Below, piece after piece: positions 10,480 to 21,033 of a DNA stretch of 37,514 nt (within the stretch, counting starts at the first letter, position 1; every line of letters begins with the position of its first letter). A program made the translations under genes and the position numbers. The stretch lies in contig NC_068984.1 of assembly GCF_001194135.2 (NCBI RefSeq), positions 144,194,536 through 144,232,049 on the forward strand. The letters run 5' to 3'. Below the pieces are notes generated by a model. The model had not been told where the DNA came from. It searched no databases and saw only the letters and a list, made by a program, of their open reading frames with translations. The stretch comes from Octopus bimaculoides (lineage: Eukaryota).

Positions 10480-10925
10480 TCAATTAAACCAAATTAACTT
10501 CCAATAATTAAGAAATTTGAAAACCAGCATGGCTGCTTAGGACGGGGTACCTTTTTGAATTCCATATGTCTAACACTCATGGACATGCTTACAAAATGGA
10601 AAAACAACACAGCACCAATGACTTTCAGAAATATTTTTCTCATGCTCTGAATTACTGAAGCATGGAATAAACTCCCCACATCAGTTGTGAGCTGTCAGGA
10701 CACTACATCCTTCAAAACTTCCATGTTTCCCGAAATTTGCCAACAGTACATTTCTGGCACCCCAATTGCACCACCGTTTTTTAAATGACTCATTCACTGT
10801 TCACTTCCTTCGCATTATTCTGTGTACTGTTCATGCACTTTTGACTATTTTGTTCTGATGGGTTGTAATGCACCTGATGAGTTGTAGTGCACCTGAGCAC
10901 TGTACACAATAAGCTCATTATTATG
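10480..10925 (+). mobile_element. CR1/L2-type LINE 3' fragment
   Basis: Translates to NTHGHAYKMEKQHSTNDFQKY and, after a frameshift, FFML*ITEAWNKLPTSVVSCQDTTSFK. This is the typical CR1 ORF2 C-terminus (RGH...FF..R....WN.LP..VV). A 3' UTR ending in a TTA tail follows. Confidence 0.7.
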
Positions 10926-11299
10926 TTTTTTTAAATGCTTTAGACAGGAAAACTAGAGGTTAATACACTTGCTTAATATCACAGTGTTCCTATTGTTTAC
11001 AGTGAGTTACTGCTGTTCATGGTGTTTAATTATGGTTCAGTGAACTGGAGTCACCCACATACAATTTAATACCAATGAGGAGTGACAAACCATTCACTTT
11101 TCGGTCGGTTGTGTAACACAATTAACACAACCATCAGGGGTTTCTGTAATAAGACTATTTCATTTTGAATCAGTGAAACAAGGGTGAAGTCTTACTACAA
11201 ACCTTTACTATAATAAACCACACTAATTAATGTCACATAATTTATTATTAAAAATGCAGCAAGAGCTGACATAGCTAAGTTTTTAAATCAAAAACTATA

Positions 11300-11339
<40 letters not shown>

Positions 11340-11349
11340 NNNNNNNNNN

Positions 11350-11492
11350 GCATCCAGCTGTAGAAACTCTGCCAAATTAGATTGGAGCCTGGTGTTGCCA
11401 TCCGGTTTCACCAGTCCTCAGTCAAATCGTCCAACCCATGCTAGCATGGAAAGCAGACGTTAAACGATGATGATGATGATGATGATGATGAT
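11350..11492 (+). mobile_element. (GAT)n-tailed repeat, 3' part
   Basis: Same sequence as 1880-1996 and follows an N gap. Confidence 0.8.
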
Positions 11493-12807
11493 GATATATA
11501 TATACCTGCACACAAATATACAACTGTCAACATGTATACATGCCTGCATATGTACACACACACACTTATATATAAATGTATGTACACATGCAGGTTTCTG
11601 TATATGCTACATGTACATATAGATATATATGCATAAATATTAATGAATGTATACACACATGACTATCGATGTGAAATATGGAGTTTGGTGCAGTAAAGCA
11701 ATGCTATGTGGCTGCTGAAGAAATGGTAAAACAATTCAGCAGAGATGAAGATGATGACGGAATGTGGAGGAAGAGGATGGGAAAGCGAAATAAATGCCAT
11801 GGCAGAAAAACCAGAGAAGTTATTGAGTGGTTCAGGAATATGTAATGGAACGGAAGAAGAGGAAATAATTACAAAACATGTGAGACTGTATAAACATTAA
11901 TTAGCAATTAATTACTAATGAGATAGGTTCTCATCAGTCAATTCTGTCTTGCTTGACTGTTATCAAAAAAAAAAGAAAAACTTAGACATGGCCAAGAGGA
12001 AAAAATCTGTCCTGGTTTTAGATCAGGAATGTAGAAGAATCCGCATATGTTGTAAAAGGTAGCAAAAAAAGGGTTAAGAGCAAGTGGAGCACCCAGTTAT
12101 AAATCCCTTCAGAAAATCCTTGCCAGTATGGAAGGGCAGATGAAAGAACAATGGTTTTATAGCAATGATGATAATAATCAAAATCAATATATTGGTGTTT
12201 AAATATATTTTTTTTAAATCAATGTGTTTAATGAAAATTTATTGATGGTTGCAGAACTTTATTTATAAAGAATCCCAGAATGGTATCGGAAGTGAGTTTG
12301 TAAGATATCTAAGGAATTGATAGGATTTTTATACTGAATAGAGGAAAATAAGGGAAGCTGGTATTGAATATTGAAGATGCAAAGAGGCTGGAGGGAAATG
12401 AGCTGAGTGATCTGTTGAACATATGATGTTAATTAGCAAAAAAAAACAGAGTGAAGCTAATTAATGATATCATTAACTGGTGTATATAAAGGAGAAACAA
12501 CTGTACTAATGAGATGAACAAGTGTTGTAAATGAGAAAATAATGCAGGGTGTGCATAGAATGAATTGTAGCCATAGAAGGGGAAACTCGAGAAATTACGA
12601 TGAAACCAACACTCAAAATGTGGAGTGTCACATGTGAGGGGACACATTATTGAAACAAGTGATGACTGTTCCTAGTATGGAAAGCAGGCATAAAATGATG
12701 ATGTAAGCACATACAATCCCATACAAACAGGACTATGATCATGATGATGATGATGATGATGACAGTGATGACACTTCTGGGCTAAAATTAAAAACTACTC
12801 TTATTTT

Positions 12808-12811
12808 TCAA

Positions 12812-12845
<34 letters not shown>

Positions 12846-13167
12846 ATCACTGCCTGGAATCAAAGGATAGGAAAATATTAGATTTATAAGCCCTAAAATT
12901 CACTTCATAATTACCTATGGACACATGGCGCAGTGGTTAAGAGCGTGGGCTACTAACCCCAAGATTCCGAGTTCAATTCCAGGCAGTGACCTAAATAATA
13001 ATAACTTCAAAAAATACCTTAGGAATGAGAACCCAGGTTTGAAATTCCCCCAGGACACCTGATGAAGGCTGGAGAGTACATCAGCTGAAACGTTGTGTTA
13101 ACAACAAACAAGACGAGGACAAATATCCATCAAATGTACATAATTCCTCATCTCTTAAATATAGAAT
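12808..13167 (+). mobile_element. tRNA-head plus hammerhead-tail repeat with a 5' inverted fragment, flanked by a 12 bp TSD
   Basis: Head TGGCGCAGTGGTTAAGAGCGTGGGCTACTAACCCCAAGATTCCGAGTTCAATTCC. The inverted fragment is at 12814-12861. TACTCTTATTTT is repeated at 12796-12807 and 13168-13179. Confidence 0.82.
13054..13099 (+). ncRNA. Minimal type I hammerhead ribozyme motif, copy 2 (intact catalytic core)
   Basis: GACAC-CTGATGA-A-GGCTG(10 nt loop)CAGCT-GAAA-CGTT-GTGTT. CUGAUGA, GAAA, the palindromic ACGT stem III and a GUU cleavage triplet are all present. The predicted cut is after 13094. Confidence 0.78.
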
Positions 13168-14634
13168 TACTCTTATTTTGCTTTCTACTTAGAAACCTAA
13201 AGAGAAGTTTTTAATTTTGCATAAACATTTTCACCATCTCTCATTTTAAATAATTTTGATGCTTCTTCCCTAGCTGCAACATATCATGGGCAATATGTCT
13301 CCAGTACCACCTTGTAGCTATGATGACAACTCCACAAAGTCTGAATTTCATTAAAATACTGCTCGTTTCTCATCACTGCTCGTTCGATACTTTCATTATG
13401 GCTGTAATACAGGGAAACACTAACGAGTTATTTAGTCAGCTGAATGAAGAGTAAAAATGCACAGACATTTAACTACCCAGGTAAAAATAATTGTGTCAAT
13501 ATTTATTATTATTTTATTTGACTCGGGTTTATTCTTATTCCTGGCAGAATTTATGTGGGTGTGTGGGTTACTACCTATAACCTCAGATATCCACAAATTT
13601 TCAATAGTCTTCCAAGTCCTCAAAACCCTTCTGATAATGTTTCCTGTTCCTAAGAGGCAAACTTTCTGTAGAAGCTCTACAGGTCATTCCATTCCAATCT
13701 CCTTCAACCATTTCTCTATATCATTACTCACAGTTCCTAATGGTATCATTATTATTATTATTATCAATTAATTAATGAAAATATAAAGAATAACATGGAT
13801 TTAATTCAGTTCATCTCGTCAATGTTGGTAGTATGCCACAAGATATTAATTATAAAACTTAATATTCATCATTCATGGATTTTCCACAGGTACATACTGA
13901 TATAGGCAAAGTTATGTGAGAGAGAAAAAGAGAAGAGTAGGAGGAAGAGAAGGGAGGGAGGAAGAGGAGAAAAAGCAAAAGAGAAGGAGAGAGAGAAATA
14001 GATGCTTAGGAAGACTTAAGCGTTTCAACATAGAAGACAAAACAGGAAGACATGATGAATCTTATGTGGACTCCACAGAGTCCTTAATAGAGTTCATGGA
14101 GGTTGGGCATATAAATAATATCACATCTTTGTATTATTCACAAACCTCAATATATATATCTGGAAAAGATACGGTGACGAAGAGAGGTCCACTGGTGAAC
14201 CATGAAGTAACAAGTTCAAATCCTGCTGATATTGTAAATATGTAACAATAATAAAGAAATATTTCTTTTCATCAAACAAAAAGCTATACTTACTTAATTA
14301 TTCATGTAAGAAATGACTACAGGAAGGTTTCTGAGAAACTGTCTGTACAGGTCATTGCGATATATATATATGATGATGATGATGATGATATATATACATA
14401 TATATACATACATACATACATACACACACACTTTATTTGATGGTTAACAAGGCTACTATTGGTTTCATACTGAGAATTCTCAATACCAACATCACAATGC
14501 GACAGATTTGATAATTGCAGAGAATTCTCAGCATGAAACCAATAGTAGCCCCTTATTAAGCCACAATGCAGTGTTGAGCACACATTCTCACTGTTCAATA
14601 CTAGTGTGTGTATGTATGTATGTATGTATGTATG

Positions 14635-14678
<44 letters not shown>

Positions 14679-15214
14679 GACATGCACTAGAGTTAAATTA
14701 CATCGTCTGAACACATATTTACATATAGACACGCCCACAAAAAGACATATCTAGACACGCCCACACAGATATTCTATTTATATATAATATAATAATAATA
14801 ATAATAATAATATATGCATACAAAAACAACTCATATATGTGATGACGCGTTAGCATGACAAAGTGGACTAATTGACTTTTCTTATTCAGAGGAATCCCAC
14901 AATGGGCCGTTAGCTTCCAACAGGCATTGAGTGGAGATATGGAAGCTGTGATAGTCAAGCTCCCGCCCCTCCCGAGAGTCATTAGTGGTGTAAATCAAAG
15001 ATCAGTTACAAGAGAGAGTCGGAAACATGCCACAGACTCCATCTGCTGCTACTTTGAACTCAGTCACTTGCCCCACGCTCAATAAATATACCTTCTGTGT
15101 ATGATAATGACCTTACTTCATAGCTACATTGACATAGCCTCAGTGTTTGCGTGTGTGTGTATGTGACGCTGGGGGGCAGTGTTCTTTTCTTTTCCTAAAA
15201 CAATGTAAAGTACT

Positions 15215-15602
15215 CAATATGTCGTGGCACTCCGTCGCTTATGACATTGAGGGTTCCAATTGATCCGATCAACGGAACAGCTTGCTCATGAAATTAATGT
15301 GCAAGTGGCTGAGCACTCCACAGACATGTGTACCCTTAATGTAGTTCTCGGGGGAGATTCAGCATGACACAGAGGGTGACAAGGCTGGCCCTTTGAAATA
15401 CAGATGAAACAGAAACAGAAAGAAAGAGTGAGAGAAAGCTGTGGTGAAAGAGTACAGCAGGGTTCGCCACCAACCCCCGCTGGAGCCTCATGGAGCTTTA
15501 AGTGTTTTCACTCAATAAACACAATGCCCAGTCTAGGAATGGAAACCATGATTCTATGACTGCAAGTCCGCTGCCCTTAACCACTGGGCCATTGCACCTC
15601 CA
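15215..15602. mobile_element. Composite SINE remnants: a plus-strand body fragment followed by a minus-strand tRNA-headed SINE
   Basis: 15555-15602 on the minus strand reads GGAGGTGCAATGGCCCAGTGGTTAAGGGCAGCGGACTTGCAGTCATAGAATCATGGTTTCCATTCC (A/B-box-like). 15220-15400 resembles a recalled octopus SINE body. Confidence 0.55.
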
Positions 15603-15884
15603 CACTCAATATATACATGGGTGGTGACAGATGTCTTGTGTATGTTTAGTAAGTGGTTACACCCAAAGCATGGTTTCCTGTTCGTGTCCAAGATAGGGTC
15701 TTTCTCGATGCTCTCACTACATCCAAATACCTGCACACCAGAGTGAAATCATGGTGCAGATGTGACAATAACTATTTAACACGTGTGTGTATGTGTGTGA
15801 ATGTTTGCATATATACACACTCTCTCCTAAATCTGAGTAGTCACATGCCTCCTTTTACATTCTGTGATCATGCAAGCTGCACAG

Positions 15885-16077
15885 TAGACTCACAAGTGCC
15901 ATTGGCACAAGAAAAGCACCCAATACACAATGTAAGGTGGTTGGTGTTAGGAAGGGCATCTGACCATAGAAACCATACCAAAGCAGACATCGATGCTTGA
16001 TGCAGTCCTTGGACCCAGGGGATCCTGTTAAACCATCCAACCCATGACAGCACAGAAAATGGACATTAAATGATGAT
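15885..16077 (+). mobile_element. (GAT)n-tailed repeat, diverged copy
   Basis: GTGGTTGGTGTTAGGAAGGGCATC...CCAACCCATGACAGCAC...TTAAATGATGAT. Confidence 0.7.
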
Positions 16078-16504
16078 ATCTCACACACACATACATTTAT
16101 AAAGAATCAGAACCTGATGATAGAACCCATTTTACTCCATGTGCAAATCACAGTAAAATTTAAAGTTTAATTAGCAATGCAAATTGTCAAAACGAAAATA
16201 CAACATCTATGATAAACAAATTTACCCTAAAATCTCCAAAAAGCCTTAAAAGTCAGGTGATGCTTTTAAATTATTCTAACGATGCTAACTTGATAAAAGT
16301 TACACAGTGTAACCATTAGAGATGGTAGTTTAGTCAAATTGAGCGTCGTTAACACTTAAAGCTCAGAGGAAATCTGAAAAACTGTCATATTCTTTTTTTT
16401 TAATGATAAAGCAAAAAACACAACTGAAACATTAGAGAAAAACATAAGTCAAAAGAATTAATTAGTTAATTAATTAATAAGTTAAAGTATGAACTGTTAC
16501 TTAC

Positions 16505-16800
16505 AGTTACTGTTTGAACTAGTAGGACTGCTAAATCCTCGTCCTGCAATGTCTTCCTGTGAACTTGTCGAATGAATACTACTGGTATCATCTTCACCAA
16601 CCTCGGGAGGTTTTGATGAACGCACTATCATGCTCTTTGGACGTGGTTTTGGATTCCGAGCTGGACGCTCGTAACGATCAGTTGGTGGATTCTTTTCGTC
16701 GTCTTCCTCCTTTCTTTTCCGTTCCTTATATTGTTGCAGAATCATCTGTCTGCGCGCCTTTTCTTGCTCTTTCCTCTGAGCTATTTCTTCCTTCTTCAAC
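16505..16800 (-). CDS. CAMSAP: CAMSAP/Patronin exon: CC3 end and basic linker (LKKEEIAQRKEQEKARRQMILQQYKERK...KPRPKSM...SSNSN)
   Basis: Acceptor tttaattctag|G (phase 2, completing ATG with the previous exon) and donor T|gtaagt (phase 1), 296 nt. EKARRxxILQQY and KPRPKS match recalled Patronin/CAMSAP motifs. Confidence 0.9.
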
Positions 16801-16984
16801 CTAGAATTAAATTTAGTTTATGAATAAAAAGAAAATAACTCAAATACTAGATAAAAAAAAAAAAAAATTTTTATTCAAATTTAACGTAATTATACATAAA
16901 TGACTTTCAAAAAAGACTAAATTTAAATATGTAATTGGCTAATTAGAATCCCCATCAAGTGTCTTAGCCTTCTTATATCTAATA

Positions 16985-17225
16985 TCCAGTGGCACATAAA
17001 AAGCACCATTCAAGTGTGGTCAATGCCAGTACCACCTGACTGGCCCTCGTGCCAGTGGTATGTAAAAAGCACCCACTTCACTCTCAGAGTGGTTGGCATT
17101 AGGAAGGGCATCCAGCTGTAGAAATTTTGCCAGATCAGATTGGAGCCTGGTGCAGCCTCCTGGCTTGCCAGTCCTCAGTAAACTGTCCGACCCATGGAAA
17201 GCGGATGTTAAATGATGATGATGAT
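16985..17225 (+). mobile_element. (GAT)n-tailed repeat
   Basis: Same family motifs as 1755-1996. Confidence 0.8.
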
Positions 17226-17597
17226 GTTACATTCAAAGTTACATTTCAGGTAATCCAAGTTCAAAATCCAGCTCCCATTCCCAGTTATGGGTATCTCACT
17301 TCACTCACATCGTCAAAGCATTTTGGAAAGATGTTAGACTGCAATACAAGTGTTTAAACACCCTCTGACATGTAAGGGTAACAACCCCACTCCTCGGCAT
17401 GTAAAGACAACCACCTCCTTACATGTAAGGATGGCAACCCCCTGATGTATAAGGACCTCTTCCCCCTGACTCATAAGAACAATCAGCTACTGACATAGAT
17501 ACAATCTACCCATTGATGTATACCAGTGGTTCCCAACCCTTTTATTTAAAGAGTTTTCCCACAGACCCCTTTTCATATGCTTATCCTTATGTGTATT

Positions 17598-17640
<43 letters not shown>

Positions 17641-17849
17641 AATATACAGGGTAGGAAAATTATAGAAATTTTTCTACCAGTGGCCTAGCATGCAGAGAAT
17701 AGTCAATAGACTATATATTATTCATATAAAACATAAAATTAGTGTACGTTTAAACACATAAGAAGTGCCTTGACAGGACACCTAACATGCTAGAAGGAGC
17801 TGCTCTTTCTACCATGTTAGGTGTTTAAATGTACACTAGTTTTCGTACA

Positions 17850-18147
17850 TTGGGCCTCACCGAGGCGATGACTACGGACCGAGACCTTTGGAAATGTGCT
17901 GTGTGTGAGAAGACCCGGCAAGCCAAGTAAGATCGTTGCCAGTGCCCCTGGACTGGTTCTTGTGCGGGTGGCACATGAGATGCACCATTTTGAGCGTGGC
18001 CGTTGCCAGTACCGCCTGACTGGCTCCTGTAGGATTTTCGAGCGAGATCGTTGCCAGTGCCCCTGGACTGGCTTGTGCGGGTGGCACATAAAAGACACCA
18101 TTTCGAGCGTGGCCGTTTTCGTGCGGGTGACACGTAAAAGCACCCAN
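17850..18147 (+). mobile_element. RTE-type LINE 3' fragment with internally duplicated 3' UTR units, running into an N gap
   Basis: 17850-17930 reads LGLTEAMTTDRDLWKCAVCEKTRQAK*. A ~47 nt unit repeats at ~17930 and ~18045. The fragment ends in the GGCACGTAAAAGCACCCA-like motif shared with the (GAT)n-tailed repeats. Confidence 0.65.
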
Positions 18148-18706
18148 NNNNNNNNNNNNNNNNNNNNNNNNNNNNNNNNNNNNNNNNNNNNNNNNNNNNN
18201 NNNNNNNNNNNNNNNNNNNNNNNNNNNNNNNNNNNNNNNNNNNNNNNNNNNNNNNNNNNNNNNNNNNNNNNNNNNNNNNNNNNNNNNNNNNNNNNNNNNN
18301 NNNNNNNNNNNNNNNNNNNNNNNNNNNNNNNNNNNNNNNNNNNNNNNNNNNNNNNNNNNNNNNNNNNNNNNNNNNNNNNNNNNNNNNNNNNNNNNNNNNN
18401 NNNNNNNNNNNNNNNNNNNNNNNNNNNNNNNNNNNNNTTTGAATTTAGTTCAGACCCCTCAGTACTACTCCATGACTCCAACTCCACAGCCCTGCTAGTG
18501 AGAAAACCTTTACTGCTTAAATGAGTGAATCAGACTGACCATCAAATAGTTATTACGAATACGTAAGGATTACACTGATCGTCCGCATGTGGGTTGGACG
18601 AGTCATCAAATATTTAGCATTAAACACCGATGAAGCAAAGTAAGAATACAAGAATACAATGCAGGGACATTGTTCAGGCAAAAGAAGGAACCAAAAATTA
18701 TTTTAC

Positions 18707-18831
18707 ATCTCTTGTGCTCTCTTCTTGGCAAAAGCTTCTTCTTTCTGCTGTCGACGTAATTCCTGTTCTTCTCGTCTCTTCTGTTGCTGTTTCAACATTC
18801 GATTTCTCCTTGCCGCCATCTCATCTTCGAG
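18707..18831 (-). CDS. CAMSAP: CAMSAP/Patronin exon: CC3 coiled coil LEDEMAARRNRMLKQQQKRREEQELRRQQKEEAFAKKRAQE
   Basis: Acceptor ctgattgcag|CTC (phase 0) and donor AT|gtaaaa (phase 2), 125 nt. The charged helical sequence is typical of the CAMSAP CC3 start. This exon is missing from the ORF track. Confidence 0.88.
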
Positions 18832-18949
18832 CTGCAATCAGATGTGTTACAAACAACTGTCACATGCTTATAGACCCACGATCCATTATGCACTTTGAAT
18901 GAATGCACACACACACACACAATTGAGAGAAAGGAAGGAAGGAAGGAGA

Positions 18950-19022
18950 CTCAGTGAAATCAACTTTGACTTTCACCCTTTCCAAGGTTAATAAATAAAG
19001 TACCAATTGAGGATGGAGAATC
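18950..19022 (+). mobile_element. Degenerate Meta-like SINE core, plus strand
   Basis: TCAACTTTGACTTTCACCCTTTCCAAGGTTAATAAATAAAGTACCAATTG resembles the family core in the opposite orientation to the other copies. Confidence 0.55.
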
Positions 19023-20012
19023 GTAGGAATTGGTAGAGGATCAGAAGGGATGAGAAACCTCAGTGTTGTGGAAAGGGGACAAAGAGATGCAGAGTCAAAT
19101 ACCAGTTTTCCACACAAAAAAACCCCCAAAAAACACCAACTTACCCAGGTTCTCACTCTGAGAGCCATATTCTCAGGAAACTTGTGGTGCTTACAGAATC
19201 TCCCTTTCTCTTTCTGTATACACACATACATACATACATACACTAGAGCAGGGGCCTCCACTGGTCACAAATGGTTGTGCAGCTACACGTGTGCAATCAT
19301 GGACAGATCTTTTGAAGAACACTGAATATTGCCCTTCCGTACAAGTCTCCTCTCTCCACACCACCAATATTTCCAAAGAGAAAAGCTGCCTTTTCGCCCA
19401 ATACAGCTTGGAACCGGTATCATCAGCAGACAATGTACTTGCAGAGGCATTTACCTTGGGTGGGTTGAGCCAGCTCCAACCTATGAGTTCACCACCTCAA
19501 CTCACAAATGCTGACCACATCAGATGGTCAGCCTTAACATCTTAGCAGATAAAGTAATGCTTCTGACCACTGCCCAAATAGCCAGCTTGCAAATTTGACA
19601 AATGCCCCACTGGGAGAGCAAACACGTTGGATATTGTGGACAACACTGCGATAAATATCATTTGTTGTTGAGGTGTAGAGTTCATGCTCAGAGTGAGACA
19701 GTAAAGAGTCGAAATGGCTACTGCTAGGCATCTCACCTGACCAACTAAGAAATCCGATAACCCATCATCCTAAACTGGTACTTTGTTAACATAAAAGGGT
19801 GAATGGGGATTGAACTGAGAGCCCAGGGAGTCAGAGCAGATACCACAAGACATTCTGTCCAACACGAATGACTCTAACCAATTCACCACATGAACTAATA
19901 CAAACACAATTTTAATAGAGTATTTGACCAATTAGAGCATGTTCCTGTATGGTCAGCGCCAATATGAAATGGTACCTCCATATTACATCTGGGGATCAGC
20001 AACAAAAAATTT

Positions 20013-20512
20013 GGATCTTTTTTAAAACGGGGGCCACATTTTTCATTCACGAAACACTTTGAAACTTGGAACACTGGTAGAATGTGTCATATAANNNNNN
20101 NNNNNNNNNNNNNNNNNNNNNNNNNNNAAGCAAACGATTCTGAAACAATTAACCCTAACCCTAACCCTAACTCTAACTCTAACCCTAACCCTACGGTTAG
20201 GGTTAGGGTTAGGGTTAGAGTTAGGGTTAGGGTTAGGGTTAAAGCAAATTTAAAATGAAAAAAGCAAATAAAACGAAGAATCGTTTGTTTATGTAGTCGG
20301 CACTTAATGTATATCGGCTGAATGGACGTCAGTGATTGGTTGAAATTATCGAAATAAGACAATTTTTTACATGAAATAAATTCGAATACAAAAATATTTT
20401 TCTGTTCTATAACACAAAATAGATAAGTATACGAAGTTTGAAAGTCTTTCGGTACCAAAAACACTACGTAAAACATTGATGAAAAATGTGGCCCCCGTTT
20501 TAAAAAAGATCC
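20013..20512. mobile_element. MITE (non-autonomous DNA transposon) with 34 bp TIRs, 8 bp TSD and an internal telomeric hairpin
   Basis: TIR GGATCTTTTTTAAAACGGGGGCCACATTTTTCAT at 20013-20046 has its exact reverse complement at 20479-20512. AAAAATTT is duplicated at 20005-20012 and 20513-20520. There is an internal N gap. Confidence 0.9.
20149..20242. repeat. Inverted telomeric-type arrays (CCCTAA)7 then (TTAGGG)7
   Basis: Read directly from the sequence. A variant unit CTCTAA/TTAGAG sits at the mirrored fourth position in both arms. Confidence 0.95.
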
Positions 20513-20641
20513 AAAAATTTAAGTAACAAAATGTCAGATTTTACAACCATAAAATAACATTCTACCTTTGTATCAAGAACTTTTCCTTCTTGTCTTATTA
20601 TACTTAAATAGACATATACAGGGTGTCTCGTATAGCAACTT

Positions 20642-20860
20642 CTTATTTGTTTATTGCCCACAAGGGGCTAAACAAGGACAGACAAAGGGGTTAAGTCGAT
20701 TACATTGACCCCAGTGCATGACTGGTACTTAATTTATCGACCCCGAAAGGATGAAAGGCAAAGTTGACCTCGGAGGAATTTGAACTCAGAATGTAACGGC
20801 AGATGAAATACCGCTAAGCATTTCGTCCGGCGTGCTAACGTTTCTGCCAGCTCACCACCT
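20642..20860 (-). mobile_element. Full-length tRNA-derived SINE with a Meta/MESC-like central domain and a 13 bp TSD
   Basis: The minus strand reads head AGGTGGTGAGCTGGCAGAAACG, B-box-like GAGTTCAAATTCC and core GCCTTTCATCCTTTCGGGGTCGATAAATTAAGTACCAG. TSD is CGTATAG(C/T)AACTT at 20629-20641 and 20861-20873. Confidence 0.85.
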
Positions 20861-21033
20861 CGTATAGTAACTTTTGATGATATAAATACCAAGGATTAAG
20901 TAAGAAAATCCTTACACACACACACACACACACACATTTGGTGCATATTTACATAAAAGAGTGAAAACATTAGCAAAACTCTTTCAGAAATCACAGAATA
21001 TAAACAAATTTTTAAAAGAAGAAGAAAACCTAC

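Noticed and set aside
10881-10910. CTGATGAG near 10875 as another hammerhead
   Set aside because: No stem II or downstream GAAA follows. It lies in a LINE 3' UTR.
12920-12990. tRNA gene
   Set aside because: A and B boxes and an anticodon-like arm are present, but there is no acceptor stem, and the sequence continues into a shared repeat tail. It is a SINE-type head.
17817-18498. ORFs of 200-220 aa around 18 kb
   Set aside because: They are inflated by a ~290 N gap and overlap a LINE 3' UTR.
19145-19171. 27 nt exon ending at a perfect GTAAGT donor
   Set aside because: It would need a GAG acceptor with almost no pyrimidine tract, so support is insufficient.
20149-20242. Ancestral telomere-telomere chromosome fusion site
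   Set aside because: A fusion gives (TTAGGG)n followed by (CCCTAA)n. Here the order is reversed, the arrays are short and they sit inside a TIR/TSD-bounded element.
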